Origin: Macrostomum hystrix | Taxonomy: Eukaryota > Animalia > Platyhelminthes | Assembly (NCBI GenBank): GCA_950097015.1 | Contig: CATNEN010000030.1 | Span: 3,472,001 to 3,536,000, forward strand | Reading direction: 5' to 3' | Length of the DNA stretch: 64,000 nucleotides | Part shown: one piece after another, positions 40,581 to 51,108 of the stretch | Layout: each line of letters starts with the position of its first letter | Numbering within the stretch: the first letter of the stretch is position 1 | Notes under the pieces: generated by a model | Told to the model about the DNA's origin: nothing | The model's input: only the letters and a program-made list of their open reading frames with translations | Databases searched by the model: none | Translations under genes and position numbers: made by a program

Positions 40581-40686
40581 CACATCTATCTTCCCCATTC
40601 TTATTTTCTAGCAATACCATTTCTAAGAATTTAAGGAATTTTTACTGGAGCGAAATCACATCTGCAATGAGTAAACTTCCCACCCA

Positions 40687-43600
40687 TCAAGAACCCACAC
40701 GAAACAGCAGCAGCCAGTAGGCCGCATTAACTGCCACAAACGACACCGGGAACAGGCACCTGGCGGCCCGATCGATCTTGGACTCGGAGTTCGGCTGTCC
40801 GGCATTGGCCAGAGGTGGCCAGTTGCTGTCAGATCTTATCGGGGCATATCTGCGATCGCCGCGAAGGCAGTCAGTGAACATGCGCAGGCATGACTGGTTG
40901 CTATGGGCAACGCGGCTGGTTTGAAGCTTGGCGCCGTTGACAACAGCAGCGGAGTCTAGCGGTGCCTCACGGCGGGGAATCTCCACGTTGCCAGCCTTGG
41001 TGAAGTAGTTGACTCCAGCGTACTCCAGCAGGGCTGAGAACACAAAGAAGAAGCAGATGAGCAGGAAGATGTCCATGGCGGTGGCGTAGGGAACTTTTGG
41101 CAGACCCATTCGACCTGTCAGGCTGATGGTCACGCTAGTCAGCAGGGCTGTGATGCCTGCAATTGTTATTTATCATTCCTGGGTCCAGCAAAGTACATCA
41201 TCGGACAAGCTCTGGATGGGCTTGTTCTAATGTCATTGTTTTATCATTTTCATAGCCCGAAATCAATGAGACTCTCACCTAGAGTGACCCTAGCTGGTGT
41301 GGCCTCTCTATTAATCCAGAAGCTGACCCAGGACATGGCCACGGTCATGTAGGACGGCAGGTAAATCTGCAGCACGTAGAACCCTATCATGCGCTCCAGT
41401 GGAATGGTCATGCTCAGCATTTTGCGCTGTTCTAAAATTATCAACGGATCTCTAAAATATTACTCATATTGGGACTTTCTGTTTACGAAGAGTCTGCAGT
41501 AATCATGTGTCACACTCACCTGCGCCAAGCCGGGCTTCAATGTGTGAGAACTCAACCCGATCCGGTCTAAATAGGAACTGAGCCATGGCGGTCACTTCAA
41601 AGCCAAGATTCTTGATACTGGCGTTCACAATTTTGATCGGGATGTTGTACAGGTGCGAGCTGAACTTCGCCTCCTCCCACCACAGGTAGACCAGGTTTTG
41701 TGAGTCGTAGGCGACTGTTTTCATTTGAAGGAAATGGAAGATAGCAATGAGAGCTGTTATTTCGAGAAATCTTAGCTGATCATAAGAAAATAACTGCCCT
41801 TTTGTAATGCGTTAGGAGGGTTCTGAGATATTTTAAGTGGTTGTGGATCATTCTATGAATCGTTGAATATCTCGACGATGCGGACATCAGACGGCTTTGA
41901 AAGTTGGTTCATCGTGAAAGGAGGAAATTTTGAATTAGATTGCTGACTTCCACGAAAATCGGTCATTCGGTTTGGAAGCATTAAGTAGGCAGTGGGTGTT
42001 TCAAATACCGCCGTGTTCTTGCAGGAAAATAGCGTAAAATTACTCGCGAAATTAAGCTGCGCATACACGAGTTACTGCTGACGAATCTAAACCGGTAGCT
42101 TCCATAAAAACTCACAGCTGCCAATCATTAGCAGGCAGGTCTGACTGTCAACAGGAAACCTGCGAAAGTCCATGTGGCACAGCGCTTTCACCGTGAGTCT
42201 GAAATGGAAAGCAAGCTAATTATCGAAAGCTTGCTAGCTAAACAATTCTAAGAAGTAGGAAATTAGTGTCACCACATTGAGAAGAACACAGTGATTCTAA
42301 GAAATAGGAAATTAGTGTCACCACATTGAGTAGAACACAGTGATTCTAAGAAATAGGAAATTAGTGTCACCGCATTGGGAAGAACACAGTGATTCTAAGA
42401 AATAGGAAATTAGTGTCACCACATTGAGTAGAACACAGTGATTCTAAGAAATAGGAAATTAGTGTCACCGCATTGAGAAGAACACAGTGATTCTAAGAAA
42501 TAGGAAATTAGTGTCACCGCATTGAGAAGAACACAGTGATTCTAAGAAATAAGAAATTAGTCTCACCGCATTGAGAACAACACAGTGATTCTAAGAAATA
42601 GGAAATTAGTGTCACCACATTGAGTAGAACACAGTGATTCTAAGAAATAGGAAATTAGTGTCACCGCATTGAGAAGAACACAGTGATTCTAAGAAATATA
42701 GACGGTCATGTAGGACGGCAGGTAAATCTGCCGTTGGTGTCACCGCAATTGAGAAGAACACAGTGATTCTAAATAGGAAATTGGTGTCACCGCATTGAGA
42801 AGAACACAGTGATTCTAAGAAATAGGAAATTAGTGTCACCGCATTGAGAAGAACACAGTGATTCTAAGAAATAGGAAATTAGTGTCACCGCATTGAGAAG
42901 AACACAGTGATTCTAAGAAATAGGAAATTAGTGTCACCGCATTGAGAAGAACACAGTGCCATCAGACTGGATCCTCAGCAGCTTGTTTGGAGTCGTAATC
43001 TCGTGCAACCGGGAGCCCTTGCCGTTGAAGAAGTAGGTGTCCGGTCGCCAGATGCGGCGCAATATGCTGACGCTGACTTTGATCTCATTCTGGCTAGCGT
43101 AGTTTGCGTCAAACTGCAATCGCTTGTCAATCCAGCATTGACGAAAATAGATCTCCATGGCATACATCTGGATAGGAATTCCATTTATAGTGCGTAATAT
43201 TCTTCCTTACTACTCACACTGAGTGTTTCTGCTACTAGTGCATGCATTTTTAATTTCTTCTAGAAATGAAAAATTTTCTAGAAAAATCTAGGAATTTTCC
43301 ATACTTCATACGCTGTAAGTGTTTCAGTTGTTAGTTCTAGGAACTTTCCATACCTCATACTCTGTAAGTGTTTCTGTTGTTAATTCTAGGAATTTTCCAT
43401 ACTACATTCGCTGTAAGTGTTTCAGTTGTTAGTTCTAGGAATTTTCCATACTACATTCGCTGTAAGTGATTCTGTTGTTAGTTCTAGGAATTTTCCATAC
43501 TACATTCGCTGTAAGTGTTTCTGTTGTTAGTTCTAGGAATTTTCCATACTACATTCGCTGTAAGTGTTTCTGTTGTTAGTTCTAGGAATTTTCCATACTA

Positions 43601-45748
43601 CATTTGCTGTAAGTGTTTCAGTTGTTAGTTCTAGGAATTTTCCATACTACATTCGCTGTAAGTGTTTCTGTTGTTAGTTCTAGGAATTTTCCATACTACA
43701 TTCGCTGTAAGTGTTTCTGTTGTTAGTTCTAGGAATTTTCCATACTACATTTGCTGTAAGTGTTTCAGTTGTTAGTTCTAGGAATTTTCCATACTACATT
43801 CGCTGTAAGTGTTTCTGTTGTTAGTTCTAGGAATTTTCCATACTACATTCGCTGTAAGTGTTTCTGTTGTTAGTTCTAGGAATTTTCCATACTACATTTG
43901 CTGTAAGTGTTTCAGTTGTTAGTTCTAGGAATTTTCCATACTACATTCGCTGTAAGTGTTTCTGTTGTTAGTTCTAGGAATTTTCCATACTACATTTGCT
44001 GTAAGTGTTTCAGTTGTTAGTTCTAGGAATTTTCCATACTACATTCGCTGTAAGTGTTTCAGTTGTTAGTTCTAGGAATTTTCCATACTACATTCGCTGT
44101 AAGTGTTTCTGTTGTTAGTTCTAGGAATTTTCCATACTACATTCGCTGTAAGTGTTTCTGCAATAATAATGACATGTACAAATATATAAAGTGTTTTTAT
44201 AACTACGTATGTTACCACTACCTGCACTTTACCCCACACGCGTGCGCTAGAATATTAAAATGCTAATTGGTATTTTGCTGTGAGTAAAATTTATGACAAA
44301 GAATCGTGTCAACAAGCATTCGACTATCGCAAAAAGCACTCACCATTTGCTCTTCATCAATAGGACCAAGATTTTTTATGAGCATGTTGACCGACACAGC
44401 CACCGGATCGTTATCTGCCAAGTATTTTTCTTACTTAGATGATCACAAGCGTTACTATTACGCGAGTTTGTTTATTTTTGTTGTTATAATTGTACAAAAC
44501 AGCTTACATTCGTAAGGGCGAGAATTCAAGTGTAACATGAATACTAAAAAATCATGCTTCCGGTTCCCAACTTTCCTTCCTGAGTTTTCACACACCTGTG
44601 ATTGGAATATACAAGTATTAATAAGGAGTAAGGAGTCTTACTCCTTAGATTTCTAACCTGATTTATTGAGAATAATCTTTGATGTCAAACACTTTTTCAG
44701 TTTTTTCTGGATTTTTTTTGATGGCGTGACTTAACGGTTTAAATTTTCTATACTGTGTGATTTGTTCTGTGAAAGACCATACATGAAATATTCTTCTGTG
44801 GTCAGTCAGAACATCAAGAGATTGTTTTTTTGTTACTTCATACTAATTGAAGATAATTAAGGTTCAAAACCTGTGCTAATTTATCTCATTTCACTCGAGG
44901 ACGTTAGTAACTAGTTGTATCTTACAATTTAAATAGGCTACAATTAAATTTTAATGACTAAAAACAGAACTTTAATTGAAGAAATCATATATTGATGCAA
45001 ATAAAAGCAAAACTCGGGTTAATTCGTTCGCCTCTCGCACAAAGGTCCCTGAGCTCGATTCCGCGGCGAGGCCACATTTATTTGGGGAGCCATGGCTTGG
45101 GGGTTTGTCGTGTAATTTACGCCCTTGAGGGCCAAACTCCAAGGTACAGTGAAAGCGTACACTGCCTGACGAGGAATGAGAAAGTCAGGGCAGATGTACA
45201 CACCAGTGTGATTGTGTCTGCGTACGGTACGAGCTATCTATGTTCGTGTGCTCGGGAGTCAGCGAAATGGGCAGAATTGCCTCCTCGCTGGCTGCGGGTT
45301 GATCGAATGTCACCAAATGATGTGATGTGCCATTGCCCATGACAATTCTGCAAACATTATCATTTTGATTGTTACTTTTGCTTCTCGTATAGAAAATATA
45401 CTTGCTAGATCCATTATTAAAGAATCCCAGTGAATGAGGATGATTTCAGTTTTTGGAGTTTTGAGTAAGTACGGCAATTTCACTAAAAACGGTTCTCCAA
45501 ATTTTCGATTTCTCACCGACAACCTCCCGCTCGCCAGTGGCATTGTTCCACCGCATGTCCAGGCCGGGCCGCAGGTTGCTGTCGTATCGGGCCGCGGCCA
45601 AAATCCTGTCCAGCACGCGGGACACTCGCACAAGTTGGGACGCTGGATCAGCCTCATCTAGAGCTGGGCTGGAGGCAGCCCGGCAGATGAGCATTTTGAG
45701 TAGGCTACAAAGATTTTGGCATGTTCCACGAGTCATAAGAGTCGGCAT
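40687..45748 (-). CDS. Cys-loop ligand-gated anion channel subunit, GABA-A alpha/GRD-like; 5' end unresolved
   Basis: Exons ~45748-45517, 44414-44344, 43167-42938, 42198-42116, 41714-41520, 41431-41279 and 41156-40687, with consistent phases. Motifs: [20 protein letters not shown], Cys-loop [16 protein letters not shown]1 [20 protein letters not shown]2 [25 protein letters not shown]4 [12 protein letters not shown]. The 83- and 153-nt exons match vertebrate GABA-A exon sizes. Confidence 0.9.
42246..42958. repeat. 49-bp tandem array derived from an exon/intron junction of the GABA-receptor gene (~14 units)
   Basis: Unit on the sense (minus) strand: AATCACTGTGTTCTTCTCAATGCG|GTGACACTAATTTCCTATTTCTTAG. 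The first unit overlaps the real exon end at 42938. Confidence 0.95.
43285..44160. repeat. Second 49-bp intronic minisatellite (CTAGGAATTTTCCATACTACATTCGCTGTAAGTGTTTCTGTTGTTAGTT), ~18 copies
   Basis: Direct reading; period 49 verified (43337 to 43386). Confidence 0.96.
45015..45365 (+). mobile_element. SINE family B, long variant
   Basis: Shares its head and internal modules with the copies at 38561-38769 and 62065-62400. Confidence 0.8.
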
Positions 45749-46699
45749 ATTTTGTAACCCAAGTGTTTTAGCAGGGGTGAATTAAACAGTAGAAAGACAA
45801 CGGGGATATTTCAAATACACACATAAAACAGTCAGCCAATCGCCATGAAATTTTCCGCTCTGTCCGATGAAACAACTTCCAGAATCACAAAACATCGGCA
45901 TCGTCAAGATATTCAACGATTCTGCTCCGAAAAAACCACCAATATAGGCGATATGTAAACATGTCGGCTATCATCGTTTACTATTTTACTCGTAGATTAA
46001 ATAGATTGGTAATTTTTTTATTACAGAACTCATATCGATTCGCTATAGTGCTCTATACAGAGCTACTCATTGTTGTCCTTGTCACCAGGACAATCAGAAA
46101 ATAGCGTGGCATTTCTACTGTTAAAGGAAAAATTAAAAACTGCTTTTTCCGAATAAGGCGATCTGGTATTTTCTTACTAAATGAGAACTGCTCAATTACG
46201 GACAATCTGTGTGGGATATTAGGTTTAGGCTTGGAATTCCAATACCAGGATATTTTATCAGATGGACAAGAAAAGTCTGCTTTTAGGATAAGAGAAATTC
46301 ACCAACTGACATTTACTCGCAAAATCGCGTGCAAGGAGAAACAGAGAAATATCGGAAATTGTGTCTACACCCATTGGACTGGCTCATTAATAATGCATTG
46401 AATAATCCACATTTCGGCCTTCTCAAATCTCTGCGACTGAATGAACGGCTTCGATGGTTTCGATAGATCAATAGATCAGTTACTGCCTACGTGAGCTCGT
46501 CTGATCAATGCAATGTACAGGGCAGCCAAACCGTGCAGTGTTGACAATGCACTACAATTTTTTTAATGATAGCAGTTAATGCCTCGTTACTGGTGGCGAC
46601 TTGGGGTACACTTGAAAATTCACACCTTTGCGTTTAAAAGTTTGATTATTTAGTAAAAAACTATATCGAACTCGATAACTCTGTTTCAAATAAGAGAGA

Positions 46700-47205
46700 T
46701 GAGAGGGAGAGAGTTGTGGTGAGAGGGAGAGAGCTGTTGTGAGAGGGAGAGAGCTGTTGTGAGAGGGAGAGAGCTGTGGTGAGAGGGAGAGAGCTGTGGT
46801 GAGAGGGAGAGCTGTGGTGAGAGGGAGAGAGCTGTTGTGAGAGGGAGAGAGCTGTGGTGAGAGGGAGAGCTGTGGTGAGAGGGAGAGAGCTGTTGTGAGA
46901 GGGAGAGAGCTGTTGTGAGAGGGAGAGAGCTGTTGTGAGAGGGAGAGAGCTGTTGTGGGACGGAGAGAGCTGTTGTGAGAGGGAGAGAGCTGTTGTGAGA
47001 GGGAGAGAGCTGTTGTGAGAGGGAGAGAGCTGCGGTGAGAGGGAGAGAGCTGTTGTGAGAGGGAGAGAGCTGCGGTGAGAGGGAGAGAGCTGTTGTGAGA
47101 GGGAGAGAGCTGCGGTGAGAGGGAGAGAGCTGTTGTGAGAGGGAGAGAGCTGCGGTGAGAGGGAGAGAGCTGCGGTGAGAGGGAGAGAGCTGTTGTGGGA
47201 CGGAG
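46700..47205. repeat. 20-bp purine-rich minisatellite (GAGGGAGAGAGCTGTTGTGA)
   Basis: Direct reading. Confidence 0.96.
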
Positions 47206-47829
47206 ACTTATTATCAGCTATTTCTTCCAAATCGCATCCTTATTAAAACTGTGCTTTGTGAAATCCTCAAGGGTTGTGTACTTTAAACTCGAACTATCAA
47301 ATCAGGAACGCCTGGCTGCGTGATTTCCATCGTAAAAAAGATAACATCACGAGCCAGTGGTAGCAGCAATTTCTGGGGGGTCCATTCCGATGGCAGTGAG
47401 AAGGAGTCAGGTTATTAATTTATCCGAGTTATTCCGAGGTCGCTGTGTCAGTTTCTGCTCGCTCTGGGGAGACATCGCCGTGCTCCGCTTTGAAGTTGCA
47501 GCGCATACTAATTGAATGATGAGGCAGCGGATACTGGACCGCACTTGACTGAACTGCACCAGCGGCAATGCTATGGTACCTCTGGTCCTCTGTTTCTCAA
47601 ATATTCTGCTTGTGGTTTCTTGGATTTCTTAGAAAAGCCCTATTTTGAGCATAGATCTGAGTCAAGCTGGCTTTGACGGGAACAAGGTCTAAGCTTGACA
47701 AGGCAGCGCGTTTGCCTATAAGCTGCATTGCACACATTTGGATTTGAACACGTTGGGTTAACATGATGTCAGTAACAATTGAATCAGCATGGCTTTAGCA
47801 AATCAGAAGCATTTCGTTATCTTCAAGGT

Positions 47830-48730
47830 AGACTAGCAATCCATTCTATTCCTTCATCCGTAGGCTAGGCTAGCAATCCATTCTATTCCTTCATCCGTAG
47901 GCTAGACTAGCAATCCATTCTATTCCTTCATCCGTAGGCTAGGCTAGCAATCCATTCTATTCCTTCATCCGTAGGCTAGGCTAGCAATCCATTCTATTCC
48001 TTCATCCGTAGGCTAGGCTAGCAATCCATTCTATTCCTTCATCCATAAGCTAGGCTAGCATCCATTCTATTCCTTCATCCATGGGCTCGGCTAGCAATCT
48101 ATTCTATTCCTTCATCCACGAGATTAGACTAGCAATCCATTCTATTCCTTCATCCATGGGCTAGACTAGCAATCCATTCTATTCCTTCATCCGTAGGCTA
48201 GGCTAGCAATCCATTCTATTCCTTCATCCGTAGGCTAGGATAGCAATCCATTCTATTCCTTCATCCGTAGGCTAGGCTAGCAATCCATTCTATTCCTTCA
48301 TCCATAAGCTAGGCTAGCATCCATTCTATTCCTTCATCCATGGGCTAGGCTAGCAATCCATTCTATTCCTTCATCCATAAGCTAGGCTAGCATCCATTCT
48401 ATTCCTTCATCCATGGGCTCGGCTAGCAATCTATTCTATTCCTTCATCCACGAGATTAGACTAGCAATCCATTCTATTCCTTCATCCGTAGGCTAGGCTA
48501 GCAATCCATTCTATTCCTTCATCCGTAGGCTAGGCTAGCAATCCATTCTATTCCTTCATCCGTAGGCTAGTCTAGCAATCCATTCTATTCCTTCATCCGT
48601 AGGCTAGTCTAGCAATCTATTCTATTCCTTCATCCACGAGATTAGACTAGCAATCCATTCTATTCCTTCATCCACGAGATTAGACTAGCAATCCATTCTA
48701 TTCCTTCATCTGTAGGCTAGACTAGCAATC
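47830..48730. repeat. 37-bp minisatellite (CTAGCAATCCATTCTATTCCTTCATCCGTAGGCTAGG), ~24 copies
   Basis: Direct reading. Variant blocks recur, suggesting higher-order duplication. Confidence 0.96.
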
Positions 48731-49245
48731 ATAACGTTATAACTTAAAAACTTTTTCCAAGCCATGCCAATGTATTTTTTTCGAGAATTTTTCTGTACGG
48801 AAGTGACAGGAAAACTTTGACAGAATCAATAAATAGATTTGAGAAAGTTGTTTGAAAGAAAAAAGCTTTTTCAGCTTGGCGTGCGGAATAACTACTCCTT
48901 TTACATCAAGTATACATAGCTAACGAAGGATTGAAAGCTGAAGCACTCACAGAACTGAGACAAGTAGCATTGCTGTTAAGTCCAAATATGTTTATTTGAA
49001 TTTCGCTTTGCACAAGCTTCTACAGGTGGAAGAAAAATTGCTAGCCTATTTATGTAAAAAAAGCTGCGCACACTCCGAACCAATGGAATTTCACCAAGAG
49101 GAAGAAATTTTCTTGGAAACGCAATTTGCTTTTCTCTGGAAATCTTCCATTATCTCTTCTAGCTCTGCACATACTGCTTAAGGTAGCATGATTAGCGCAA
49201 ATCAATAAAACTATTTCCGTCTTAAGCAAAACTAGGGGGGATGCG

Positions 49246-51108
49246 TCACGGTAGAATAAATTCCCAAACACAGTCAGCTTCGGAGTCGGCGACGAACAGT
49301 CGAATAAGACCGTCGACCTCGCCAGTTTCATAGATGGCGAGGCCAACTGGACGGCGCATGTCCGGCCGCGCTAACCGATAGACGAGGTCGCCATTAGCTG
49401 AAATCGCAGTCAAGCATCCGCCATCGGAATCGGCGACGTACACAACGCCGCGGCTGTCCACCGCGCAGGCCGAGGGAGCACCAAGGCTGTAGCTGATGTC
49501 CCCAGATTTGGCTACGCCCGCTCTTGCGCCCCTTCCACCTCCGCTTCCGCCTCCGCTTCCGCCTCCGTTTCCGCCTCCGCTTCCGCCTCCGCATCCACCT
49601 CCGATTCCGCCTCCGCTTCCGCCTCCGCTTCCACCTCCGATTCCGCCTCCGCTTCCGCCTCCGCTTCCACCTCCGCTTCCGCCTCCGCTTCCGCCTCCGC
49701 TTCCACCTCCGCTTCCGCCTCCGCTTCCGCCTCCGTTTCCGCCTCCGCTTCCGCCTCCGCATCCACCTCCGATTCCGCCTCCGCTTCCGCCTCCGCTTCC
49801 ACCTCCGATTCCGCCTCCGCTTCCGCCTCCGCTTCCACCTCCGCTTCCGCCTCCGCTTCCGCCTCCGCTTCCACCTCCGCTTCCGCTTCCGCCTCCGCCT
49901 CCGGTTCCGCCCCCGCTTCCACCTCCGTCTCCTTTCCTCGCTCGACTTCCGCCACCGCCGGCTGGAGGAAAGACAGCCACAACTTGCTGCGTAAATTCAC
50001 ACAGCTTAGCCAGGCAGGTTGGCGAAGAAGAGCAGGCGTACAGATGAGGCCGTTGCCTAGCAACGCAGAATGCCATCTCAGTGCCGTCCCAGCGCCGCCT
50101 GAAAAGATGGCTAACATTTGTCGGCTTCCAGTTGGCGCGCGTCGAGATCAAAAGTGTTGAAGCTTCAACTCGGCCCGCAGCTTCGCCGACGAGCTCTTCT
50201 TTAACCACTTCCGGCGTGGCCACGGCGAAGGCAAACAGCTCTCCGGGCTCGTCGCCAAAGCACAGGCCGAAGCACATGCAGACTTCGTATTCAACACTAA
50301 AATCGGTTCCGATAAGGCGTCTAAGGACATTGCCAGCGAGGTCAATGAGCAGCACACAAGACCCGGCGCCGCCGCCCCTCGCCTTGATAACCGAAACTGC
50401 CAGCTTGACTTCACCATCGTAGTCCGCAGCAGCCAAGCCAGCGATGAAGTCGCCGACCTCCAGGCCGGCTGGACGCAGCGCCACCGTCAGGTGAGTCGCC
50501 GGCTGAGATATGACCAGCGACAGGCGGCAGACGGAGCCACCTTCGGCGTGCGCCACTGCCAGGCACGGCGGCTGCACGGGAATCCAGCCTTCGTCATCGG
50601 CCAATGACGACACTAGACGGCTCACTGAGCTCTGCAGCCGCTCGTCAGAATCCTGCAGGACGCGAACCCGAAGTTTGTGAGTTCGGGCGCACACGGCCAC
50701 ATGGCAGGGCGAGGCAACGCCCGTCGGTGCGATCGCCTGAGCCCGCTGAGAGGCCGCGTCGACGTCCAGACGGCCAATCCGCGGCGGCGGCGGCTCCCGA
50801 TTCTCGCCGAAATGAAGTCGCGGCAGCAGAGTGCCCAGACGGTGCCGCAGGTTGCCTAGGTAACCAATGACATCGCCCGGAGGAAGGCCGGCTTCGTGTT
50901 GATCGTCAGCCGACCGCCGACTGCTATCAAGGGCCAGTTGGCGATCAGCGATGTCCCGCTGCAGTCGACTGCGATACTTCTCTAGCAGGCCGTGAAGCCG
51001 GTCGAACTCGGCGTCCAGCAAGGCCGACTGGCAGTCGAGAAGGTCGCGCTGGCGACGCAGCTTCTGCGCATTCAGCTGGTCCCGATTCAGGGTCGCCTGA
51101 GGCTGCAT
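49246..51108 (-). CDS. Coiled-coil + NHL/beta-propeller-like protein (TRIM-C-terminal-like) with a ~130-aa Gly/Ser insert, 620 aa
   Basis: One uninterrupted GC-rich ORF. N-terminal coiled coil; NHL-like repeats [22 protein letters not shown] and [10 protein letters not shown]...RLFVAD. The GGGS block is encoded by a 12-bp repeat. Confidence 0.7.
   Translation of the reverse strand: MQPQATLNRDQLNAQKLRRQRDLLDCQSALLDAEFDRLHGLLEKYRSRLQRDIADRQLALDSSRRSADDQHEAGLPPGDVIGYLGNLRHRLGTLLPRLHFGENREPPPPRIGRLDVDAASQRAQAIAPTGVASPCHVAVCARTHKLRVRVLQDSDERLQSSVSRLVSSLADDEGWIPVQPPCLAVAHAEGGSVCRLSLVISQPATHLTVALRPAGLEVGDFIAGLAAADYDGEVKLAVSVIKARGGGAGSCVLLIDLAGNVLRRLIGTDFSVEYEVCMCFGLCFGDEPGELFAFAVATPEVVKEELVGEAAGRVEASTLLISTRANWKPTNVSHLFRRRWDGTEMAFCVARQRPHLYACSSSPTCLAKLCEFTQQVVAVFPPAGGGGSRARKGDGGGSGGGTGGGGGSGSGGGSGGGSGGGSGGGSGGGSGGGIGGGSGGGSGGGIGGGCGGGSGGGNGGGSGGGSGGGSGGGSGGGSGGGSGGGSGGGIGGGSGGGSGGGIGGGCGGGSGGGNGGGSGGGSGGGRGARAGVAKSGDISYSLGAPSACAVDSRGVVYVADSDGGCLTAISANGDLVYRLARPDMRRPVGLAIYETGEVDGLIRLFVADSEADCVWEFILP
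49530..49930. repeat. Exonic 12-bp repeat (CCGCCTCCGCTT) encoding (GGGS)n, including a 168-bp internal duplication
   Basis: Direct reading. The duplicated marker CTCCGTTTCC occurs at 49563 and 49731. Confidence 0.92.

Noticed and set aside
39164-40611. Hydrophobic 307-409-aa ORFs that look like membrane proteins
   Set aside because: Translations of the 19-bp array, open in all three frames.
42246-44160. CRISPR-like appearance of the regular 49-bp arrays
   Set aside because: There are no unique spacers and no cas genes, and the context is eukaryotic and intronic.
49394-50117. Poly-Pro, poly-EA and poly-RK ORFs overlapping the NHL gene
   Set aside because: Alternative frames of the 12-bp exonic repeat. 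Only the GGGS frame is continuous with the flanking domain sequence.
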